Of a DNA stretch of 64,000 bases, positions 1 through 11,426 are shown one piece after another. The position numbers and the translations under genes were made by a program. The notes under the pieces are model-generated. The model saw only the letters and a program-made list of their open reading frames with translations, was not told the origin of the DNA and did not search any database. Within the stretch, counting starts at the first letter, position 1. Each line of letters opens with the position of its first letter. The DNA lies in NCBI GenBank assembly GCA_000320545.1, contig ADNK01000247.1:1-64000 (forward strand). Direction: 5' to 3'. This stretch comes from Bigelowiella natans CCMP2755 (Eukaryota; Protista; Cercozoa).

Positions 1-243
1 AAGTTGTCATAGGATCAATCAATACAGAGTGACTCCCTGATAAATAGCAATCGTAAAACAACATTTTCTCGCTTCCATCCGAAATAGTCGAAATATATCG
101 TCATGGTCCCCTAAGACTATAGCCGGCATCACACCCTTCATTTTTCCTCTTATCTGTATTCCAGCGCGCGTGCCTCTGTGTGCTTCTCTCCCTCTCTCGT
201 ATATGGATGACCTTCTCTGAAACCTCACGCGCGCGCGCGCGCG

Positions 244-323
<80 letters not shown>

Positions 324-570
324 CGCGCGCGCGCGCGCGTAAGGTTTCAGAGGAGGTCATCCATATCAAAACGGCAGTTGGCGATAAGCACACAGAGGAA
401 CGCTAGCTGGAATACCGATAAGAGGAAAAATGAAGGGTGTGATGCCGGCTATAGTCTTAGGGGACCATGACGATATATTTCGACTATTTCGGATGGAAGC
501 CAGAAAATGTTGTTTTACGATTGCTATTTATCAGGAAGTTACTCTGTATTGATTGATCCTATGACAACTT
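1..570. repeat. Long imperfect inverted repeat (foldback) with a palindromic (CG)n(CA)n(TA)n(TG)n(CG)n microsatellite core
   Basis: Bases 1-150 match the reverse complement of 421-570 with 3 mismatches (positions 31, 35, 70). Bases 151-226 pair with about 340-420 with more mismatches. The centre (227-340) is itself palindromic. The repeat may extend left of the window. Confidence 0.95.
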
Positions 571-626
571 CCGTTGCGTCCTCTTTTCCTTACCCCTCAT
601 ACTCTCCTTCTCTACATTATCCACAG

Positions 627-2000
627 GAGAAAATTCCTCCAATCCATCGTTGAGACTGTGCTGGAAGGACACACTGTGAATCAGCACAAAATGGCTCAAG
701 TGCGGCGGGTTTTAGAGAACAAGAAACACCGTCATCTATTCATTAACCTCGTCTGTGGGAGAGAATCGCGTCAGAAGAAACAGAACAGCTACAGTAGTAG
801 TATCAGGAACTCCAACAGCCCCTGGACACTAAAAAAAAAGAAAATGGTTCGCGCTGAAAGCATGAAGAAGGCATCGATATTCAGAATGGAAAAGACCCCA
901 TTATGTTGCCTGAAGCGTGGAGCTTTTATGGCATTGGCGGATATAAGCGAGTAGGATGAGAATGATTATACAAGATAAATGACGATGATGATGATGATGA
1001 TGATGATGCCAATAGCATAAGAGAGCAAGGAGTTGGAGGGAGTGCTTATGCCTATTTTCTAACAAAGCATGTTGTAGCTGCTACTTTCTTCTTATTCACT
1101 TTCAAGTTTAGTTTTGTTTCTATTCGTCGTAGAAACGTTTCCCTTTACACAGGTTCTGTTTAGACATGTGCGTCGACTCTCACGATTTTGCCCCAGCTAT
1201 CAAGATTCTATCGTTCTCTGAGATTTTCTACACGCAGGAAGAGGGGAAGGAGAAGCAGGAGGAGGAGGAGGGGGAGGGGGATAGTCCTAATTGTGCTTAT
1301 ACGAAAGACAATGAGGTGATGAGGGAGAAGCACTGGACTTTCAGAACAAATGCATGCCAAATAAGAAGGACCCGCAGAGATCATAATTCCAATGAAGGAC
1401 GAAGAAGGGAGAAATATAAAAGGAGCTTTAGGTTTAACGTGCGGCGATTTCTTGTAGATGAGAGGCAGATAAAGAGGCATCGATGTTGGCAACATCTGGA
1501 ATTCTGGAGGACTTCCCTTAATATCGAGGTGGAGGACCAAAAACAACAATGGCAGTGCCAAGATGACTGTAAAGCGAACGGGAATCTAGAAGAAAAGAAG
1601 TGCGAGGTTGGTACATTTTCAATGTACTGTTCCCTTTTGTTGTGTATAAACTGAGGCTAACATTATGCTTTGGTTCTCTCCCATGCCGGGCTGATAATGG
1701 CAGAAATGGAAGTCATTTCTACAAACCTGGCTGGTGACCCACTTGCACAAGATGATAATGCTGGATATTGACATCAATGATATACAAAGTTTCGTGGACG
1801 AAATAACTCGGAGTCATTGTTTGGATATCAAACACAAGCTACAGCTGGAGATATTTATCAACCGCATGTGGAGAATGCAGAATGTACTGAAAGCAGATGC
1901 TACGGCAAGGCTTGCAAAGGATACGATTGAAAGATTTCAGTCTCGGGGTCACGTAAGATGCAAAAAATTCATTATTGGAAGTAGAGTATACGAAGTGTAA
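627..2000 (+). CDS. SBF2 (myotubularin-related/DENN-associated) domain protein, 3' exons; 5' end probably outside the window
   Basis: Exons 627-950, 1153-1606 and 1704-2000 join in frame with GT-AG ends. The joined protein reads AFMALADISEFCLDMCVDSHDFAPAIKILSFSEIFY...IKRHRCWQHLEFW...WLVTHLHKMIMLDIDINDIQSFVDEI, which matches the SBF2-domain pattern as I recall it. Confidence 0.65.
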
Positions 2001-2039
2001 AGATAAACTCTTTCCTAAACATGTAGCACATCTGAACAT

Positions 2040-3000
2040 ACATCCAGACACAGCCCACAACAACGATCATGCCATGTCTATCTAGCTATGTGTCAGACAC
2101 GTAGCACTTGGCATTGGGAGCACATCATGAATGATTCCTTCATTGTAGTGCTCACAATGGCTAGATGGTAGTAGCTACCAAAGCCTGCTGATTTTTGAAT
2201 CACACTTTGTTCATCTAGTCATGCTACGTTGCAAGAATTCCTTTTTGTTACGCTTTGCTAGCTTGCACCCAGCTAGCCCATCTTTGCGTGCATGGCATGC
2301 TAGCATGCTAGCATGGGAAGACCTCGCCTGTTTGCCACCACACACCAGCACGCCACCAGCTGCTGCAATTGAGCATGCAGCATGCTAGCATGTGTGTGCT
2401 GCAACTCACACCAGTCTACGCTAGCAAGCAGTCTAGCAGTCTAGCAGTGTCGGATCATGTGCTCACCATGAAAATGTTACAAGAGATGCGCATGCTAGCA
2501 TGGCTAGATGGCTACGCTACGCATGCCGCACAATTGCAATGCTAGAATGGCAGCAATGCTAGAATGCTAGCTAGCTAGAATGACTGGGTGATCTAGTGAT
2601 GAATCGCTGCGGCACATCGTGCACTTGCTAGCTTGCATTGCTAGATTGGACGTTCTTGCGAGTGCAGAGTGCACATGCATCGACTGCTAAATGAACACTA
2701 CTGATTTCATTTTGAACAGTTCAGACAATCTAGAAGTCCTAGAGTCGTTGTCAGCTGCTCTAGTGCTGCAACAACATTTAGTTGCACTGTTTACTTGCAG
2801 ACACAGAAAATCATTGCCACATCATTCATTGCAGATACGATGACGTGTTGCGTTGGAACATTTCTGGAATATCACAACAATCTAGCAATGTTGAGAGTTG
2901 TGCTGCTTGTCATCTAGACATGTTGACATGAAGGCAAGGTTCAGATGACTAGATGTAACGGTTGGTGAATCAGAGGACTCATGCCAATTTTGAACATTGC
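2040..3000. other. TpA-depleted, CTAG-rich degenerate repeat tract (partially converted)
   Basis: Intergenic. Roughly two-thirds of the remaining TA in 2220-3000 lie in CTAG (gctagc, tctaga), with an excess of TGCA/CATG. Confidence 0.8.
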
Positions 3001-3029
3001 ATTACACGAGCTACATTAGTGTGTATATA

Positions 3030-3068
<39 letters not shown>

Positions 3069-3226
3069 CGGTCATGTGTTCGTAGGGGTCCAAACAAATT
3101 AGTAATAATATACTTATTGTCATCTAGAAATTTGAGAACAACCGCAGAAGATGCATCGGATTGAGTATTTAAAATTTGATCTGGATAGCGGGCTAGAATT
3201 CATGTCGATGACAGTTTTTAAGTAAC

Positions 3227-4997
3227 TTACGATTTCACTTCTAGCTTTCCATGTTTCTCTTCAAAGTCTGTTGTGTACACCTTATCCAGCACAGAGTCGC
3301 ATGCATCCATTAACTCCCACTTTTTAATGATACCATCACCATCTAGGTCAAAGACTTTTTCAACATCTTTCACATCAGGAAGGTCTTTCTTGAGGATTCT
3401 CTTCAAAACTGCAGTCTCTGATCCCCTTAAGCATCCACTGTCATCACTATCGATGTCATCAAATGTGTCTCGCAGTCGTCTGTAGAATAACCAATGAGAT
3501 CTACAAGTTGATATTTTCGTGAAGTATGGTTTACACCTTTTCATTGCATGTTTAGCGTTGGTTAACAATCGCTGTCGCTGATACTTCAAGAAAAGTTCCC
3601 TACAAACATAGACATATTAGAGATGAATGTGTTTACAACTGTAAATCTCGCATACTGATCTTCGTTTAAGTCGCTCTCATATTTTTCCATCAATCTGGCC
3701 GTCTCCATGAGAGTATCAAATCCCTTCAAAATCTACCAAAAAAAGATACACCCGGAAGAGCTCAGAGAACACTTGGAAGAATTAAGTTTACAAATCTTTT
3801 CCAAATCAGCTGTTGCTGTGTCCACAATTCCAACCTACGGGTTCACATGTGGGTATATTCTTTTCACAATAAAAGCTATCAGCTAAAACATATCTTACGT
3901 CTTTCCATAGGTTCTTGACAGTAGACTCTAACTGCTTATTCGTCTTGGCAAATTCTTTATTTTGCTGTTGAAAGAGGAAATTTAGGAAACTAAAACAAAT
4001 TCTTGTCATTGAAGCAACTTTACCTGCGACATTTTTTCATTTTCCATCTCGAGATGGCCAGTTAAAGTTTCATAAAGTTCAGCAGCACGAGCATATCTAG
4101 AAGTATTTCATCATGGTACACACGCACCACAAGACCACAAGATATACAATAGAATTTCGGATCACCTTGCTGCCAACTTTGCAAGAGTGTCGATAGATGC
4201 ATAATTCCTGGATTTTATTTAGACTTTATAAATCAAGGATCTGCAGTAGTGCAATTTTTGTACCAGAGGACGACCAGAGATATGAAAGACGTTACAAGAA
4301 GCATAGATGCGTAAAATACTCCAGGGATATCTAAAATAGAATATAAATGATTGAGAGATTGAGAGGACATATTTTGGATAGGAAGACATAAAGGTGCACT
4401 AACCCGCCGAGGTTAATGCCAGAAACGAGCATATCAACGCCATAAGCACAAAGATTCCAAGCAAAATCTCCGTGATGTGGAATTCATGGCCAAAGAAAAC
4501 AAGGCCAGTCATACCCCATGGCTTGTATTTATTCAATGCTGAGTCCGTTTGATCAAGGCCTTTTCCTTCTCCCTAGTTTGAAGGTACATGATATATTCAG
4601 CAAATAAAAACGTTTTCAAATCAATAATTGTAAGTTTTCCCTTTCATTCCGAACATTATCATTCAATTATGTATCACCAGCTTCTCCTCTGAAGGCATTG
4701 GTGAATGAGCTCCTATCTCAGCTATGATCTCGAAGGAATGCAGATATCTGTGGAAATTAATGAGATTAGTTGGACAGAACTGGGTCTGCAATACAATCGC
4801 ATTAAGAACAATAATGATAATTTTGTGATGTCGCACTTTAGATGCATCCAGTGTTTCAAATATGAAAACACATCAGAGAAATCAGGACAAAGCTTCAAGT
4901 TTACAATGAGACCAATAACAAAATTGTGCGTGTCCCAATTTGGTCCCAATTTTGCCTTTTTCCGACAAATCAAGATGAATGTGGCCTCGGTCTCCAT
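3227..4997 (-). CDS. Multi-exon probable membrane protein with C-terminal EF-hand pair
   Basis: The last exon has DIDSDDSGCL and DLDGDGIIKKWE EF-hand loops. An upstream exon has the hydrophobic helix ILLGIFVLMALICSFLALTS. Introns are short. The start codon is uncertain. Confidence 0.6.
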
Positions 4998-5090
4998 GCA
5001 CCCTAATCACCCTGCAATCAATTGTCAACGCTGTCAGTGGAGACGTGGAGACAATGAAAATGATGTCGCAGATGATTTTCGCTCAAATCG

Positions 5091-5392
5091 TCAACACGGC
5101 CGTGTTGATTCAACACGCTCTTGCAACACGTTCGTGCTGAGCACGGCGGTCAATGCGGCTCAACACGGCTTGTCAGTGCGCAACAGTTTTTTTGGGGTTC
5201 TGAAGTCGTCTTCCCGCTCAAAAATGATGCGATTGTCAATGCGCTTCTGTGCGGCCGCCGCATTGAAGCGCGCTTGCTGGCTTGCTGGGTTTGCGAAAGT
5301 GAACGCATTGATGCGCATTGAAAGCCGTGTTGAACAATTTGATGGCGTGTTGAGCTCAATGCGGCAATTTTCAAGACGCAGCCGTCAATGCG
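5091..5392. repeat. Array of 13 octamers, TCAACACG or TCAATGCG, in both orientations
   Basis: TCAACACG or its reverse complement at 5091, 5101, 5110, 5160, 5326, 5346. TCAATGCG or its reverse complement at 5150, 5236, 5259, 5304, 5314, 5356, 5385. Confidence 0.9.
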
Positions 5393-5856
5393 TTTCAGCA
5401 CATTGGCGATCTGAGGAATTTCGTGCAAATCTCACTTGGAATCGGAACAACGTGGTTTGCGGTTTTTTCTTTCAGGTCGTGCCGTGCACATTGAAATTGC
5501 TTCATCAATTGTTCATTCATCATTGCATTCGTGTCGAAATTTGACACTCAATCAATCAATCAATGATTGAAGCTCATCATTGCAGCCTCACTTGAAAAAT
5601 TCTTCTTCGTCGTCGTCGACTTCGTGGCTGTTGTTGCAGCTTGCACTGCGTTCGTCCTTTCAGTTGCACCGTTGACATTGAGAGGGTCTTTGTTCACTTG
5701 CTGGTTCTCTCACCCATGATTTGAAATTGCATTGTTGCAATGCTTGTGTGGTCGGTCATGACCACCAAGCGTGTGCTTGCATTTGTGATGCAGTTTTGTT
5801 CCAGTTTGGTTTCAGCAGCAGTGTGTTAGATGCATGCATGCTGGGGGGACAAAATG

Positions 5857-5947
5857 AGTTGGTAAGTTTGGCATTTTGGCCCCGCTTGGGCCAGTGCGAA
5901 AGAAGTTGGTAAGTTTTGGCATTTTGGCCCCGCTTGGGCCAGTGCGA
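5857..5947. repeat. Tandem duplication with 47-bp period; each unit holds a TGGCCC-n5-GGGCCA hairpin
   Basis: agttggtaagttt(t)ggcattttggccccgcttgggccagtgcga occurs at 5857 and 5904. Confidence 0.9.
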
Positions 5948-8527
5948 CATGGAAGAAGTTGGGTTACAAAAGGGAACTTTTGCAGCACAAGTCAGCGAAA
6001 TGATGTTGGGGGAAGCTGTGGCTTTTCAATCTGGAAACAGCGTGATGTGATGTGTTCAACCAAGCTAGTTGCAGCAAAGTGAAACGCGCGCGCAAAAGTC
6101 AAAAGACCCGCGTGCGAGCGGCAATGTCCCCTTGGGAGCTTGTTTTGGCATGCATGCTCAAGCTCACAATGCATTTTCATCATCAGGGTTTTGGTGTTTT
6201 GTTTTCAAAAGCTTTGATTGCATCAACGTGCAACAACAAGCATTGTCGAGCAGCGTGTCTGTTGGCTAATCACAGCTTGAATGTTTCACTTGTTTGCTTG
6301 CGTGCGTTCGTTCACTCGACACTTCACGAGTCCATTGTTCACAATGCTCTGCACGGCGTGCTGGGGTGCCAGCGTGCACAACCGCACGTTGAAATCAAAT
6401 CACAACAGTTGCGTGCCGTTCAACGTTTCACGTGGCTGTGGAGGGCAAGTTGGCAAGCCCAGTGCTTGCTGTTGTTTGTTCGTTCATTGTTCACTGCTTC
6501 ATTCGTGCAGCCGAGCAAGTGACTCCACAGGTTTCAATTTCCCACGCTGGACACCGCCAGAGTGCACGTGGAGGTTCACAGAGTTCGCATTGATCGGAGT
6601 TCAATTGAAGTGAGCGAACAGAAACAAACTTCCGCAAAGGAAGCAAACGATGCGAAGCAAACCTGAAAGTTGTTTGCAGAAAGAAGTGAGTCAGTGACGG
6701 ACGGACACATGCACAGTGGCACAAATGCGCAGAATGCGCACAAGCACAAGTGTCACGTTGCCCAAAACGAATGGACACAGTGACACGACGTGTGCAATGT
6801 GCACGTCTAGACGTGACAATCACGCTGCGCTGTCTGCGTTCACTGAGGAGTGTTGCACGCACGCATGCATGTGCACATGCATGCATGCGTCACGCTGTGC
6901 TGCAATGCAAGCCAATGTGCGCTGCGCATCGGACGATGCTGCATGCAAAATCACCCAAAGCAAGTGAAAATCACGCCACCCATGGTTGTTGGCTCACTTG
7001 CCAAACGCAACTTGCTGCGATTACCAAGTGAGTGAATCGAGCAGCGGCCCGAGCGAGGCCAGGCAGGATGAGGGTGCGCAGGAGTTGCACACGAACAGAG
7101 CACATCCAAAACAAACAAAAGCTCGCTGTGACAACTCACCATTGTCATTAGCGCATCGTTCGCTTTGTCAGAGTTCAATTTGTGAGCGAATCGAGTGTGA
7201 TGAAAGGACTTCCACTGTGCGCGGATGCAGGCGTTTGTCACCAGCATGCACGTGCACATCGATCACACATCGGCTCCTGCTTGTCACACCTTGCCCAAAC
7301 CGTGCAACATTGGGCTGTGCAACGAGCGGGGCCATGACGTGTGCGCACACGTGATCAGGAGCAACGCGCGTGTGCACGGAATCGATGTGATGCAAGTTTT
7401 GTGTTCAATCTCGTTCCATTTTTCGAGAAATTCCACTTTCATTGCCCAAAATTGAGCCATCTACGTGCCACACAAGGAGAAAAACCTCGTCACTTTGGTT
7501 CCAACTGGCTCCAAGCACAGCAGGAGTTGCAGGAAACTGTTCCTCTGAGCTGTTGATTGAGAGCCATTTGACGTGCAGCACAAGTGGTTGGGCCCAAACC
7601 CAGAATCTCGAGGAGACACCTCAGTTTTTGTGTTTTGAAAATTGGGCAAAATTGGGAAATCCTAGGAAATCAGAGCTTTCACTTTTTCAAGAAAAAGCAG
7701 AAACGCACTCTCCCATTGGCACGAATGCTCAGAATTGCGCACGCACAGCAAAAAGTGATGAAAATTGCTGAAAGCACTGGTAAAACGAGTTCAGGAGTGT
7801 CAAAATGTCGACATTTTGCTTCACGTGATCACTTGGTGCGTGGTCACAGCATGCAGGTCAAATGATGTCGACATTTTGTGTGTTCCCACGCTAGCACGTG
7901 CCGCACATTGAGAATTTTCACAAATGACCAAATTCAATTGAGCCAAATTGAAGTGCGCAATGACAGCTTCATGTTGAGCAAAAAATTGTCAAAAAACACC
8001 ATTAAGTTTTTGAGATGGCTCACTTTTTGTGTCGATGTTGCACGTCATTTGGGCAAGATGTGGCACTGGTGTGACCATGCAACGCCACGCGCGTGGCTGC
8101 AAGCAGAGATGAGGTCATTGACGATCAACGTCAACACGAATCCCAGCGGCAGTGCAGATCGCATCGCAATGCCACTCACATTGTCAACACCTGCAACCCG
8201 GGTGAACAAAACTCATTGCGGTGCTCTTGCGATTGGTAGCTGGATTTTCAGTGCACCACCAACACAGGCGCACTCTGCAACACTCATGGGAAACACCCAA
8301 TCACAATGTGAAACACAAATGTTGTTCGTCATGGATGCGTGCTGTCATGTGCCATCATGAAAACAACTACTCAATTTCCCACATTTCTCAAAACTTGTTA
8401 TTTTGGGACATCATATGTTGCATGCAGAAGTCGCAGGGGACAACTTGAATTCTTAAACTTAAAACTCGGTCGCTCACTTTCGTTTAAAAATCACAGATAC
8501 GATCCAGAAGGTATAACATCTAGTAAT

Positions 8528-10828
8528 TTAGAACATGCTTTGCATCTTCTTGAGAGCTTCAGTTCTGAAAGAGTGAAAAAAAAAAGTGTGGAAAGAAATC
8601 AGGGTGATTATCAACTCAACATATATAGTTTATGTGAGTGTGTCGTATGTAAGTGCGCAAAAGGTAATAATTCAAATATTATTAGAGCGTATTGGAAAAG
8701 AACGGACCTGTTTTGCCATTCTCCGGAGATGAAAGCAGCTTCGTCGAGGCTTTCAATGCCGGTCGGGGTGTCAAGAGCGCCCATCACAGCTCCAGTTGCC
8801 ATGCAGAACTCGAAGGAACTTCCCTCTGGAGTAAGCAAAAAATGATTTAGTGATTAATTAGGACTATGTGATGACAAACTAAAGCTTTCAAGAAGAAATT
8901 ATGAAAAATGACATGTTACTACCAGAGATCATGAAAGTAGCAAGGGAGAGGAGAGCAAGATCTTCCTCGCTCAGATCGCCAGCTGTAAAAGTATAAGAGT
9001 GAATTTCTTTTCCGACTGCGCACTTCGGCATTCAATATTCTAGATATGCTTCATTCATTGGTTTGTGTATATCTACATGGCTCAATAGACACGTTGAGGA
9101 GCTCGTCTCCAATGCAAGGATGCACCATACGGGTGGTGTAGCTGAACGCACACAATAAAATATAAAATTCTTGTTTAAATCACGAGTATAAGCTACTTTA
9201 ACTATCTTCATTTTGAAAAAATCGAGAAAATTGTCAAAGAAAAAATCACGTAGCCCAGCCCAGACACGACTTCAATAAAGGTAGTCAGTATGGAATATGC
9301 CTGAAAATGCGACATACTTAATCTTTGCAACTGCTGTCTGGTCGTTGAGATCCGCGTTGAAGATGGAATGCTCGTAAACAGCAAAACTGCGAAGATGGGG
9401 AGAAGATGATTAAAATAAAATATGGGAAAGAATTTAGTTTTAACAGAGATTAACATTGTCCAGTGGATACTTACATGTCATCAGTGCAGCAGTAGCGGTA
9501 CTGACGGGCACATGGGGTGGCTAAGATGGAAAAATAAAGTCATATTAGTCATAATTATCATGCTACAATGATTGAATGAGCAAAAAGAAGAAAGCAAAAC
9601 AAAATTGCACGGGAACTGGTGTTCTTAATCAAGCCGTATTTTAGTTTTAATCTACTTACTAAGGAAAGAGCAGCACAGGCAACAGTACTGGCAACACTGG
9701 ACATTACGACGAGTAGAAAACTTGAACGATCCGCTGTTGTCCAAGAACTTCAATGCGAACAAATCGCCGCAATAGCACGCTGGGCACATGCATGCGAAGA
9801 TAGGGTTATCGCAGCATCCAGCAGGTTGAATCGAACCAACTTTCTTGCCGTCGAGACTTGCCTCCCAGTCGCAGCAGCAGGCCAATGCAACGCATGGTTG
9901 CCTGTACTTCAGCTCCTTTTTGCCCGTGGTGTAGCGAGCCCTAAATATTTACGCAGAGATTAAATTAATATATCGAAACTGGGAGGATTTGCAGCCTTCC
10001 TACTATAGAAAATCTGAAAGAAGAAATACATTCCTTGTTATAATTTGTATTTTTGAAGTCACCATGCTCCGCAGCATCCGTCCATATCGCAGCAGCGTTC
10101 CGAGCAGGTTTGTACATCCTTTGGGGAAGAGGGAGGATAATGGGTTCAGATAAGATATTCGGAATGACGTGGATATGATATAACTATCGTCTCCATCTTT
10201 CAATCAGATAAGTTGCTACCCTGATGTATTTGTCGTTGCCGAGAGACATAGTGGGGACAAGGGAAAGGAAGACGGAGTTCGTGGCAGCATCCTTCAGTTC
10301 TGCGTTATTTATTATGTCAAAATGGCCATCAAGGTTATTGGCAGCTGATTTGGTTGGGAAGATGGGTTTACAGGAGGGGTAAAAAATTCTAAGATGTTCA
10401 CCATCACCACCACCAATCAATTCAGTGACAAGATCTTTATTATGGGTAAGGTTATACCAGCTCCGCTTGACATGTTCGTAGGAACACGGACAGTGAAGAC
10501 TTGCCCAGGGCGAAGTCCAGCCGGAATGTAACTGTTCAATCATAATTTTGTGATTTTCTCAGCTAGACATAGGGACAAAGTAATCGAGAAGGTGCTCTTG
10601 TATGAAAGAAGGTGTAAGCTCTCGCAAACTTTCACTGTTGTTACCCATGAAAATTAAAAAGTTTTAGCTAGTTCGGAATTCTCCCTGCCAAATAAGAGGA
10701 ACGTACGTGGTAAACTTAATTCCGCCAGGAGCAATAGCTTGGATAGCTTGGCCAGGAGCAACTCCATAAGGCACAGTAAGGCGGACGAGGACGTGGGAGC
10801 GAGCCATTTTAACTTTGGTCTTTGCCAT
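8528..10828 (-). CDS. Cysteine-rich, phospholipid-scramblase-like multi-exon protein
   Basis: Starts MAKTKVKMARSHVLVRLTVPYGVAPGQAIQAIAPGG, then YIPAGLRPGQVFTVRVP. The core reads ACCCDWEASLDGKKVGSIQPAGCC...ALKFLDNSGSFKFSTRRNVQCCQYCCLCC, followed by YTFTAGDLSEEDLALLSLATFMI. It ends TEALKKMQSMF*. The family call is by resemblance only. Confidence 0.55.
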
Positions 10829-11426
10829 GCGTTGAATTGTAAGATATTTAACCGTCTTAAGATGTAGGTGCTTATCTCCAGACTTTCACCGCGGTTTCGT
10901 TCAGGGAACTTATGAATGAATTTGTCGTAGGTCGAAGAATCTACTATAAAAATATCTAGGAACGGAATTAATTTGGAACCGTTAGACACATCTTGAAACC
11001 GTTTGCCAGAGGCTAAAAATAGATGGATCGAAATGTGAAATCCACTAAAATAGCCAATTATTGCAAGTCTTTTACTAAAATTGACACAAAAATGGCGGCA
11101 AGTAGGAATTCCAACTCGGAAAAGATAAACCTTACTACAGCTAACCTAATCCACACGCAACAGTCGTTTCACGTAGTTTCTAGGATATTTTTGGCATGGA
11201 AATATCCGATACTTCCTATTTTCAAATGATAACACTAGTCGCAGGATAGTAATGTAGCTATTTGAGATGACTCCTTTAAGCGCCTTGATTTGTTAAGTTT
11301 TTTTGTACATTTTCAGCACATTCAAATGCAAGTGCGGGTAGTCATGTGATTTGGTTCAGCAAAGAGCACCGCCAGCCCCTCGGCAGTCTTTCAAGTTTGT
11401 TTGCTCGTGCGAGCGGCGCGGAAAGC

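Larger units (their letters stand above)
5006..8360. mobile_element. TpA-erased block of degenerate transposon-like repeats
   Basis: About 15 TA in about 3.35 kb by hand count, with none in 5006-5826. It contains a subterminal-type motif array, palindromes and a tandem duplication. No transposase is recognisable. Confidence 0.7.

Noticed and set aside
19-470. ORFs 19-393 and 180-470
   Set aside because: They are read-through of the palindromic microsatellite and mirror each other because of the inverted repeat.
5857-5947. CRISPR-like repeat with an internal hairpin
   Set aside because: Only two adjacent copies, no spacers, no cas genes, and a eukaryotic context.
5006-8360. Classical RIP or methyl-CpG decay as the cause of the TG/CA excess
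   Set aside because: RIP would raise TpA and CpG decay would deplete CpG. Here TpA is missing and CpG is abundant (e.g. aacgcgcgcgca at about 6083).
4705-8448. Dense overlapping ORFs in all six frames, rich in C/H/A/M (also at 15.0-16.2 and 58.8-60.0 kb)
   Set aside because: Loss of TpA removes TAA/TAG stops and Tyr codons, which inflates ORF length. No protein motifs are present.
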